Under the pieces are notes generated by a model. The model saw only the letters and a list, made by a program, of their open reading frames with translations, was not told the DNA's origin and searched no databases. Position numbers and translations under genes: made by a program. This document shows positions 27,219 to 38,700 of a stretch of DNA of 64,000 nucleotides, one piece after another (within the stretch, counting starts at the first letter, position 1; the number at the start of each line of letters is the position of its first letter). Source of the DNA: Eledone cirrhosa (Eukaryota); the NCBI GenBank assembly GCA_964016885.1, contig OZ024741.1, forward strand, positions 94,984,001 to 95,048,000, read 5' to 3'.

Positions 27219-27419
27219 AGGAACAAGTAAGAACCCTACGGCTTAGCTCAAGCCGTTTCGACAGCTAATTCTGGACTCAGTCCAGAATTAGCCATCGAAA
27301 CGGCTTGAGCTCAGCCGTCGGGGTCTTACTTGTTCCTATTACCCACTCTACTACCCTAAGTATTGAGTACTTTGGTGCGTTATGGTCCACCTGGTTCCTT
27401 ACCACATTTCCTTTGTTAT
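27217..27419 (+). mobile_element. Second copy of the fold-back mini-element family
   Basis: Arms at 27217-27277 and 27278-27339, tail at 27340-27419. Several substitutions versus the 23 kb copy, with (TA)n flanks. Confidence 0.65.
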
Positions 27420-27452
<33 letters not shown>

Positions 27453-27626
27453 ATATATATATATATATTATATATATATATTATATATATATATTATATA
27501 TATATATTATATATATATATTATATATATATATATTATATATATGTATTATATATATATATATATATTATATATATATATTATATATGTATATATTATAT
27601 ATATATTATATATATATTATATATAT

Positions 27627-27681
<55 letters not shown>

Positions 27682-27688
27682 ATATATA

Positions 27689-27719
<31 letters not shown>

Positions 27720-27723
<4 letters not shown>

Positions 27724-29240
27724 TGGCGTAGCAGCATCATCGTTAACTGTTATAAGGGTAAAGGAGATGCCCTAGATAGGAGTAACTATAGAGGCATTAA
27801 ATTAATCGACCAGGTCATGAAGGTCACGGAAAAAGTAATAGCGCAACTAATCAGAGAGAGAATTGATCTAGATGAAATGCAGTTCGGGTTTGTGTCAGGC
27901 AAAAGTACCACAGATGCTCTTTTCATTGTACGACAACTACAGGAGAAGTACTTAGCTAAAAGTAAACCCCTATACTTAGCTTTTGTCGACTTGGAGAAAG
28001 CCTTCGACAGAGTCCCCCGTTCCATTATCTGGTGGGCTCTTAGAAAACTAGGTGTTGACGAATGGCTTGTGAGAGCTATACAAGCCATGTATAAAGAAAC
28101 AGTCAGCAAGTTTAGAATTAACAACGAATATAGTGAAGAGTTTAGCGTAAAAGTTGGCGTCCATCAGGGCTCTGTTCTCAGGCCCCTACTATTTAGAAAG
28201 GCGTAGGTAGAAACTCCATTTTGTGTCCCAAATGCAAAGTATGGGTGCATAAAAGATGTAGTGGGATCACAGGTAAGCTAACTAAGAACAGAGATTTTAC
28301 ATGTGGCCGGTGCTCTGGTACAATAAGTAGCAGCAAGTGCCCACAAAATACTAGCTCTTTCAACTGCGTAGAAGGTTCTATAGAAATAGTGGACAGTTTC
28401 CGTTACCTGGGTGACAAAATCAGCAGTGGAGGAGGGTACTCTGAAAGTACAGTAGCTAGAGTCAGAACTGGATGGAAAAAGTTCAGAGAGCTTATACCAC
28501 TATTAGCCGCTAAAGGGTTCTCCCTAAAAATGAAAGGCAGGTTGTATGATGCCTGCATACGAACAGCAATGTTGCATGGCAGTGAGACCTGGGCATTGTG
28601 TGCAAAGGATATACGCAGACTAGAGAGGAACGAAGCTTGCATGCTCCGCTGGATGTGTAATAGTAATATACGTGAACGGCAAAGCATAAACGAACTAAGG
28701 AAAAAATTAGAAATAAGAGGGATCAGATGTTGTTTATTCGAGAGAAGGCTATGTTGGTATGGTCACGTGATGCGCATGAAAGACGATAGCTGTATAACAA
28801 AGTGCAGGGCAATAAAGATAGACGGTAGCCACGGAATAGGCAGACCCAGAAAAACCTGGGACGAGCTGATAAATTCCAACCTCACACACTTACACCTCTC
28901 CAAGACAATGTCACTGGACCGAGACCTTTGGCGGTACTCAGTAATAGAGAAGATGGTGCCGCGCCATCCAGGCCGAAACAAATGAGATCGTGTAGGTGTC
29001 ACGACAAAAAAACACACAGTCCACGCTGTAATGTGGCCGTGTAGGCAACACGGTAAAAACCTCCCAGACCCACACTGTAAATGTGGTTGGTGTTAGGAAG
29101 GGCATCCAACTGTAGAAAACCTGCCAGACAGTCCTATGCGAGCAAGACAATCACTCTTGCCTCAAATGGGACTACCCCCGTCCAAACCCATGCAAGCGTG
29201 GAACACGGACGTTCAACGTTGATGATGATGATGATGATGA
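27720..29240 (+). mobile_element. 5'-truncated RTE copy (subfamily A) with two internal deletions
   Basis: RT N-terminal motifs from DWRSSIIVNCYKGKG. A ~245-bp deletion near 28195 removes YADD, and a second deletion near 28953 spans the stop codon and proximal UTR. (GAT)n tail. Confidence 0.93.
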
Positions 29241-29480
29241 TATATATTATATATATATATTATATATATATATATATTATATATATATTATATATACATT
29301 ATGAAGAGAGAAGAAACATTTAGATATAATTAGTAATAAAATGTGGTCTGTCCCAGTCATTCATTGAGCAACATCGGTGAAGTTGGCACCCTTAACTCAC
29401 AGTTGGGTGCGGATGCATTCATGTATATATGTGTGTGTCCGCATATATCTGTGTGTTTCTAAATATATATTATATATATA

Positions 29481-29537
<57 letters not shown>

Positions 29538-29540
<3 letters not shown>

Positions 29541-31786
29541 AGCCTTAACTTCTACAAGTCTAACTGGAAAAAGATTAAGAGAGAAATCCGGAAGCAAACA
29601 TGGAGTGAAAACACTGCCACACAAGACACTAACACACAATTTCAACACTTCATGACAACGATACACACTATATGCAAAAAGTTTGTCCCGGAGAAAGAGG
29701 CAAACAGAGATAGGAAAATCCTTATGAGACGTAGAACTAAACTCTCAAACTAGTTGAATAGTCAACAAAACAAAAACAAGAAGGAATCCTATTTGAAACG
29801 TGCACTACTTGACACCGAGATTGCACTCCAACTTTCCCATGAGAACGAGAGGGCAAAGAAAGAGAACAGGGCCATAGAAAACATAAAACAAACCCTAAGG
29901 CCTTCTTTGGATTTGCAAAGGAGACTGCCTCAGTATACTGCAAGATTGGGCCACTCTTCCATACGGACGGTTCATTAACCGAAAACCCCCAAGAGATATG
30001 TGAAATACTGAATGAACAGTACAAAAGTGTGTTCACATGTCCACTGAGGCACATGCAAATAACGAAGCCAGAGGAGTTCTTTGATGCCACAACACTACAT
30101 GAAGAAATGGCAACCATCAACCACATAGACATAACTGAGGAGGATGTGGTGTACGCCATTGATGAAATTAGAACAGGCTCGGCTGCTGGACCTGATGGAT
30201 TCCCAGCAGTTCTCTTAAAAATATGTAAGCGGGCCTTAGCAACTCCACTGAAGATGCTCTTCAGAAGCTCCTTGGCTAGCGGTGTACTACCCAGGGAGCT
30301 GAAAGAAGGCACAATATGCCCTATCCATAAAGGAGGTAGCAGAGCGGAGGCCAAAAACTATAGGCCAGTCTCCCTGACGTCGCATATCAGTAAGGTCATG
30401 GAGCGAGTCGTCAGAAAGAAACGGATCACTTTCCTTGAGGAAAATGACCGCCTGACTAGCACGCAACATGGCTTCTGCCCAGGAAGAAGCTGCCTTACAC
30501 AGCTGCTACATCACTACGACTGGGTACTGAGACAACTACTAGACAGCTCACATGTGGACGTGATATATCTTGACTTTGCAAAGGCCTTTGACAAGGTCGA
30601 CCACGGAATGATATGTCACAAACTACACGGACTCGGCATAAATGGAAAAGTAGGTGAGTGGCTGCATGGCTTCCTAAGGGACAGAAGCCAGGCAGTCGCA
30701 GCAAATGGGGCCCTCTCAAAGGAAACACCAATAACAAGTGGGGTGCCCCAGGGGACAGTCCTGGGACCACTACTGTTTTTGGTGGCTCTCTCAGACATGC
30801 CCTCTGTAGTACATACAACAACATCCCTCACTAGCTATACTGATGACACTAAGGTAGCACAGGCAATCAAAAACCCGGCTGACGCTGCCATATACAAATG
30901 GGCGGAAGAAAACAACATGCAGTTTAATTCTGGCAAATTCCAAGCCCTACAATACAAACCTCCAAACAAACCTGCAAACACAAATATAGTGGAACACAAC
31001 TACACAGGACCAGGAGGGACTGATATCCCCCTGTCAAAATCGATACGAGACCTGGGCATAGACATGAGCGATGATGCATCTTTTTCTTCACAAATCATGA
31101 AAGTAGCGACAATGTGCAGACGACTCGCTGGCTGAATCTTGAGGACTTTCCGGACAAGAGATCGAGACACCATGTTGACACTATGGAGGACATTTGTCCT
31201 AAGCCGCCTGGACTACTGCTCCCAGTTGTGGTCACCCCATAGTGTCAAACTAACCACAGAGCTTGAGGCAATCCAGCGAAGCTACACCAAGAGGATTGCC
31301 AAGATGAGGGAGACAAGCTACTGGGAGAGGCTAAAGGAACTGAACCTCTACTCCTTGGAGCGAAGACGGGAGAGATACGCAGTGATCTACATGTGGAAAG
31401 TCCTGGAGGGACTAGCACCAAACTTTGGCATTGGGAGCTGGACCAACCGTCGAACAGGACGTCACTGTGTGGTGCCAAAGGTCCCGTCTTCCACATCTAG
31501 AATAAGGAGCAGGTATTGCAATAGCCTGGGATTCAAGAGCCCTCAACTCTTCAACAGGCTGCCGAGGGATCTGAGAGACTTGCATGACGTGGAGGTGGAT
31601 GTCTTCAAGAAACATCTCAACACCTTGTTATCCAGGATCCCGGATGAGCCCACAGCAAGACATGAGGGAAACCTAAGGGCACCAGTGGCCAACCTATACA
31701 AGCTGGAGATAAAATGTGTAGCAACAAGGGCGGTGCCCCAGCATGGCCTCAGCCGGATGGCTGAAACAGGTAAAAGAGTAAAAGAG
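29538..31786 (+). mobile_element. CR1-like non-LTR retrotransposon, 5'-truncated and decayed
   Basis: SAAGPDG, NYRPVSLTS, QHGF, DVIYLDFAKAFDKVDH, SGVPQGTVLGPLLF, YTDDTK, SRLDYCSQLWSP and LYSLERRR. TGA at 31133-31135 and upstream frameshifts. It ends in (GTAAAAGA)2. Confidence 0.88.
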
Positions 31787-31790
31787 ATTA

Positions 31791-32703
31791 TCATAATCTA
31801 TAAAGCTCAGTGTGTGGTCATGCTCCTTTCTTATAGAAATCTACGATATAGAATTTCTTCAATTGAAATTTACAATTCAGTATTCGAAATAGTTTCGATT
31901 GCGTCTTGGCACATCTCATTTTTTAAATTTCACCCACAATTACGCAAAAAATAGATAAAACTCAATATTTTACGATTTTTCTGTCATTTAAACTGCTAAA
32001 CTCTTTCCACTACCATTCAAAATCTATACAACTTCATACTTTCTGCTACTTTCTCTTTCCAAGCTTGATGGTGATACTGTCTGTTTTACTCTGTCATATC
32101 ATCTGCTTACCTCTATCTACAACCCACACATTTTACTACTTTCTCTTTTATACTTCAAATTATTACATTTCATACGAAACGACAATTATTCAAAAGCAAC
32201 AGATACATTTATTCAACAACAAGCGATAAATCTTTTTTAAAACCTCTTTTCCAAACGCATACAAACACACACTCACTTCAACAACAACAACAATCTGCTT
32301 TTTGTAGATAATGATAAACAATAATATCCTCTATGAGGTCACTAAACCTGCTAGAAACAACAGCTAACTCTCCCTCATATCACAACCCTCCCTACTGTCT
32401 TAAATTTAGAAAACACACAGACAACCATGCAGAACAACTCCATCGCAGCTCTGTTGTTCGGCTGGCATCGTCTACGCGCGTGTTGCGCAAGTACTGTGAA
32501 ACAATAAATTTCAATACTTTTTTGCACAGAGATAATATCCAGAGGCGAAACTACAATTGTCACTGCTGGCGCAGCTCCTGCTTCCAGGTCTGCAATTCAT
32601 TCACCCAGTGCCTGGCAGACAAAAAAGTGCTGCCATAAAATGGGTGGTGCAACCTAACTTTGGTAACTTAATGACCCCGAGCAATGCCGGGCTTTAATGC
32701 TAG
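31791..32703 (+). mobile_element. Non-autonomous Helitron-like element
   Basis: 3' hairpin cccgagcaatgccggg, then CTAG|T at 32700-32704. Candidate A|TC starts lie at 31791 or 31797, so the 5' end is uncertain. Confidence 0.65.
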
Positions 32704-32754
32704 TATATATATATATATTATATATATATATATATTATATATATTATATATATA

Positions 32755-32795
<41 letters not shown>

Positions 32796-32827
32796 ATATA
32801 TATATATATATGTATTATATATATATA

Positions 32828-33810
32828 CTAGCAGTAAAGCCCGGCGTTGCTCGGGGTCGCTCAGTAGCTGTGTTAAAGTTACAATGTTAAGTTTCTTTCT
32901 TGGCTTAAAAACTGTAGTGTCTACTGTGCAGACTTGCATGTGGTGTTTTTGATTAATATTCCCTCAACCAACAATATGCCTTATGAAGTTAAGAAAACAT
33001 AACGATAACCCGAATGTTATAACAAAAGAGGATGCTGGGGATAGAAACTGCACTGGTTATTTATTAACAAAGATCGAAAATGTAAACACTGCAATGCAGA
33101 GAAAAACATTAGCGTAACCAAATTATCAGTTATGTCTGTCTGCACGCCTATATCACCTCTCTGCACGACTGTCTGTCTGCACGCCTATATAACCTCTCTG
33201 CACGACTGTCTGTCTGCACGCCTATATCACCTCTCTGCACGACTGTCTGTCTGCACGCCTATATCACCTCTCTGCACGACTCTGTCTGCACGCGTATATC
33301 ACCTCTCTGCACGACTGTCTGTCTGCACGACTGTCTGTCTGCACGCCTAACGACGAAATATTTGCTTGTTTTACGTAGTCTTTAAATAGACTTGTTTTCA
33401 AGTAAAAATATTGTTTTAAAATGCTTTTAAATGGAAATGAAGCAAAACGGAAGCTTAGTGTTCGAACTGATGAATTTTGCAGGTCAATATTTTGCTGGCT
33501 CGACAACTGTTCGTGTATTGTGTTAATGTAATTTTAAACGCTGAGAAAGCCAGCGTAATTTTTTACGTAAGACGCTCAATGTAAACAGAACAAAGGGAAA
33601 TAACTGATAACTTACGCTCAAAAATCGATACATTATATTTGATTTCGTCACATAGGGTGGGTCAATTTGAAATATTTTTTTTCCGATGTCTTCGCTAGGG
33701 CTCAATGTACAAGTATAGCAATTTCGGTGCAATTCCGTCAGAGATTCTAAGAGGAGATGTGTGCCAAAAATCGATAGACAGACAGACAACCACAGTTTTA
33801 TATATATAGA
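32828..33810 (-). mobile_element. Non-autonomous Helitron
   Basis: Minus strand: A|TCTATATATATAAAACTGTGGTTGTCTGTCTGTC ... CCCGAGCAACGCCGGGCTTTACTGCTAG|T. This gives canonical TC...CTAG ends, a subterminal hairpin and an A|T target. Confidence 0.85.
33133..33348. repeat. 37-bp tandem repeat inside the Helitron (TGTCTGTCTGCACGCCTATATCACCTCTCTGCACGAC), ~5-6 copies
   Basis: Units start at 33133, 33170, 33207 and 33244. Confidence 0.92.
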
Positions 33811-34322
33811 TTATATATATATATTATATATATATATATATATATTATATATTCCAGCTCCCACAGATAGCCTGTATTCAATTAATTCTTACCCTTTAGT
33901 ATGCTGAATTTTGTCATGAATATCTTCCTGTGACACTGCATTACGTATTAAGGGGAGATCATTCCATTGGCGACATAAAGCGCCTAGAGCACCCGGAAGG
34001 TTAACACCCTGTAAGGATTTAGCAGGAAATATCTTTAAGCAGGTTTGTTAATCAAATGTCTATAGTATCTTTCTTTATTAGTAGACAGAAAATGGTTGTG
34101 AAAAAATGCAGTATTAGAGTAAAGCTTTGAATGTTTAATGTGACACAGTTATAGTGCTATTTTGTTCTTTTTAAGAATGTCTTGCTAATTGTGGTTCCAT
34201 GTGGTACAGGGCATAAAGAATTAAAATTATTTCGTAGTTGTCTTCCCTGCCATTGACCAGAATGATTAAATGAGTCACTTAAATAATAATTTTGCTCATA
34301 ACAAAGATTGTAATTTTAATTA

Positions 34323-34490
34323 CCATATTTCTCAGCGCCAAAGACGCTTCGTCCTTCAGGACACACCCTAATTTTGACAACCAAAGATTTGAAAAAAAAA
34401 AATCAACAACCTTCGGCCTCCAGGATGCATGGTAGATATTTTAGTCTTATTTTAGGAAAAAAATAGCACATTTGACGCCGGGAAATACGG
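34323..34490. mobile_element. Tc1/mariner (pogo-like) MITE
   Basis: TA-ccatatttctcagcg ... cgccgggaaatacgg-TA: an imperfect TIR with TA on both sides. Confidence 0.65.
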
Positions 34491-35390
34491 TAGTTAAAAT
34501 TTTGTGGTTTACTATATAAAGTATGTTACATGCCATTTTATCTTTACCACTTAGCCTCACACTCTTTACATATGCTTCACAACAGCTGTCTTTTTGTATA
34601 TACAGAGAAATCTTTTATTGTCAAGAGATAAAACTCACTGAAATTCTTCCAGTTTGTGTTATTCTAGTTACTGTACTTCCACCGTAGTCACAATCAGCAA
34701 TAGTTAGTTATGTCACTGAGATAAAATACACTTTAGATGTGTTAAATGATTTCTTGTACATCTCTTGTAAGACTTCAACATCTTAACTATAAACCACAAC
34801 AGATTCTGAGCTGGACCAAGAAGGCAACCTCACTGTGGCATATACAAAATAAGGAAGCTTCCTCTTTGTGGTTGCTTGAGGTGCTACATATAGCAGCCAA
34901 ATCCCCCTCAAATCATATCCTGCAACCTTAAAAACGAAGTGGTTAATGAGGTACTAGGTTTATACAATGTTAAAAACAACAACAACCTAGGATGGTCATG
35001 GCTTAATCATATGTCTGTTTGATCAAGTCTGACTTGATACCAAACACCAATATCTAGAGTAGTAATGGGCAAAGTATTGTACACGTCTTTTATTTCCTTT
35101 TTTAGTTTGGTATGAAAGAAATCTTTTAAAGAATATCTAAAGAATTTAGGCACATGTTTTCTAAAAGCTTGTCCTTTACATCAGTAATGAGAATAAACAT
35201 TACTACAACATCACCATAAGATTTGGCATAACATTTACTCCCAAATACGGATTAGTTACCTTTTTTTACTACTTTTTGTTGCTACCCAGCAATTTTTTTT
35301 CCATTAATTAGTTAGATAATTTGTTTGTCGTTAATTGATTAATTGGGGAATTATTATTTTTTAAATTATTCCTTGGACAAAACAGTAGAG

Positions 35391-35643
35391 CAAAGGTTTT
35401 CAAAGTGGGAGCAACCCCCCCGCCCCGGGTGCTGAGAAGATCCGGGGGGGGGGGGCTATGAGGGCAGCGAAGGGAGGTGGGCGGTAGAGATGATATAATA
35501 GTATATTATATATAAATTAACAATTTTATTTATTATATGTTATTTACAACCAAACCCTATTTCCAGAGAAATAGGGTTGGGTGTGCTGAAGGTATTATGT
35601 GGCCATAAGGGAGGCGGTGGCCCAAAAACTTTGAGAAACTCTG
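35391..35643. mobile_element. hAT-type MITE with an 8-bp target-site duplication
   Basis: CAGTAGAG at 35383-35390 and 35644-35651. The 16-bp TIR caaaggttttcaaagt / actttgagaaactctg matches at 13/16. Confidence 0.85.
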
Positions 35644-35756
35644 CAGTAGAGTGTTGGACAAAATGTTGTGTGCTATTTTTTGAAGTTCCTTTATTTTCTG
35701 AGATGATGTCGTTTCAGGGCTTGGATAGTATTGAAGTTGAAAGTTAGATCTTTATA

Positions 35757-38700
35757 GGAGGTTTGAAAGTTTACTGTTAGATGTATGGGACTAGTGATAT
35801 TGGAGGTTTACTGTTAGATGTATGGGACTAGTGTCATTGGAGTTTTACTGTTAGATGTATTGGACTAGTGTCATTGGAGGTTTACTGTTAGATGTATGGG
35901 GCTAGTGATATTGGAGGTTTACTGTTAGATGTATGGGACTAGTGATATTGGAGGTTTACTGTTAGATGTATGGGGCTAGTGTCATTGGAGGTTTACTGTT
36001 AAATGTATTGGACTAGTGTCATTGGAGGTTTACTGTTAGATGTATTGGACTAGTGTCATTGGAGGTTTACTGTTAGATGTATGGGGCTAGTGTCATTGGA
36101 GGTTTACTGTTAGATGTATGGGGCTAGTGTCATGGGAGGTTTATTGTTAGATGTATGGGACTAGTGTCATTGGAGGTTTACTGTTAAATGTATGGGGCTA
36201 GTGTCATTGGAGGTTTACTGTTAAATGTATGGGGCTAGTGCCATTGGAGGTTTACTGTTAAATGTATGGGACTAGTTTCACTGGAGGTTTACTGTTAAAT
36301 GTATGGGGCTAGTGTCATTGGAGGTTTACTGTTAGATGTAAGGGGCTAGTGTCATTGGAGGTTTACTGTTAGATGTATGGGACTAGTGATCTTGGAGGTT
36401 TACTGTTAGATGTATGGGGCTAGTGTCATTGGAGGTTTACTGTTAGATGTATGGGACTAGTGTCATTGGAGGTTTACTGTTAGATGTATGGGGCTAGTGT
36501 CATTGGAGGTTTACTGTTAAATGTATGGGGCTAGTGTCATTGGAGGTTTACTGTTAGATGTATGGGGCTAGTGTCATTGGAGGTTTACTGTTAAATGTAT
36601 GGGACTAGTGTCATTGGAGGTTTACTGTTAGATGTATGGGGCTAGTGTCATTGGAGGTTTACTATTAGATATATGGGACTAGTGTCATTGGAGGTTTACT
36701 GTTAAATGTATGGGACTAGTGTCATTGGAGGTTTACTGTTAAATGTATGGGGCTAGTGTCATTGGAGGTTTACTGTTAGATGTATGGGGCTAGTGTCATT
36801 GGAGGTTTACTGTTAGATGTATGGGACTAGTGATCTTGGAGGTTTACTGTTAGATGTATGGGGCTAGAGTCATTGGAGGTTTACTGTTAGATGTATGGGG
36901 CTAGTGTCATTGGAGGTTTACTGTTAGATGTATTGGACTAGTGTCATTGGAGGTTTACTGTTAGATGTATGGGACTAGTGTCATTGGAGGTTTACTGTTA
37001 GATGTATGGGGCTAGTGTCATTGGAGGTTTACTGTTAGATGTATGGGACTAGTGTCATTGGAGGTTTACTGTTAAATGTATGGGACTAGTGTCATTGGAG
37101 CTTTACTGTTAGATGTATGGGACTAGTGTCATTGGAGGTTTACTGTTAAATGTATGGGACTAGGGTCATTGGAGGTTTACTGTTAAATGTATGGGACTAG
37201 TGTCATTGGAGGTTTACTGTTAGATGTATGGGACTAGTGTCATTGGAGGTTTACTGTTAGATGTATGGGACTAGTGTCATTGGAGGTTTACTGTTAGATG
37301 TATGGGACTAGTGTCATTGGAGGTTTACTGTTAGATGTATGGGACTAGTGTCATTGGAGGTTTACTGTTAGATGTATGGGACTAGTGTCATTGGAGGTTT
37401 ACTGTTAGATGTATGGGACTAGTGTCATTGGAGGTTTATTGTTAGATGTATGGGGCTAGTGTCATTGGAGGTTTACTGTTAGATGTATGGGACTAGTGTC
37501 ATTGGAGGTTTACTGTTAAATGTATGGGACTAGTGTCATTGGAGGTTTACTGTTAGATGTATGGGGCTAGTGTCATTGGAGGTTTACTGTTAGATGTATG
37601 GGATTAGTGTCATTGGAGGTTTACTGTTAAATGTATGGGACTAGTGTCATTGGAGGTTTACTGTTAGATGTATGGGACTAGTGTCATTGGAGGTTTACTG
37701 TTAGATGTATGGGGCTAGTGTCATTGGAGGTTTACTGTTAGATGTATGGGACTAGAGTCATTGGAGGTTTACTGTTAGATGTATGGGGCTAGTGTCATTG
37801 GAGGTTTACTGTTAGATGTATGGGACTAGTGTTATTGGAGGTTTACTGTTAGATGTATGGGACTAGTGTCATTGGAGGTTTACTGTTAGATGTATGGGAC
37901 TAGTGTCATTGGAGGTTTACTGTTAGATGTATGGGACTAGAGTCATTGGAGGTTTACTGTTAGATGTATGGGGCTAGTGTCATTGGAGGTTTACTGTTAG
38001 ATGTATGGGGCTAGTGTCATTGGAGGTTTACTGTTAGATGTATGGGGCTAGTGTCATTGGAGGTTTACTGTTAGATGTATGGGGCTAGTGTCATTGGAGG
38101 TTTACTGTTAGATGTATGGGGCTAGTGTCATTGGAGGTTTACTGTTAGATGTATGGGACTAGAGTCATTGGAGGTTTACTGTTAGATGTATGGGGCTAGT
38201 CTCATTGGAGGTTTACTGTTAGATGTATGGGACTAGTGTCATTGGAGGTTTACTGTTAGATGTATGGGACTAGAGTCATTGGAGGTTTACTGTTAGATGT
38301 ATGGGGCTAGTGTCATTGGAGGTTTACTGTTAGATGTATGGGGCTAGTGTCATTGGAGGTTTACTGTTAGATGTATGGGACTAGTGTCATTGGAGGTTTA
38401 CTGTTAGATGTATGGGACTAGAGTCATTGGAGGTTTACTGTTAGATGTATGGGGCTAGTGTCATTGGAGGTTTACTGTTAGATGTATGGGGCTAGTGTCA
38501 TTGGAGGTTTACTGTTAGATGTATGGGGCTAGTGTCATTGGAGGTTTACTGTTAGATGTATGGGACTAGAGTCATTGGAGGTTTACTGTTAGATGTATGG
38601 GGCTAGTGTCATTGGAGGTTTACTGTTAGATGTATGGGGCTAGTGTCATTGGAGGTTTACTGTTAGATGTATGGGACTAGAGTCATTGGAGGTTTACTGT

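Noticed and set aside
33133-33348. Helitron 37-bp repeat as the source of the large 37-bp satellite
   Set aside because: The period is the same but I see no sequence similarity on either strand.
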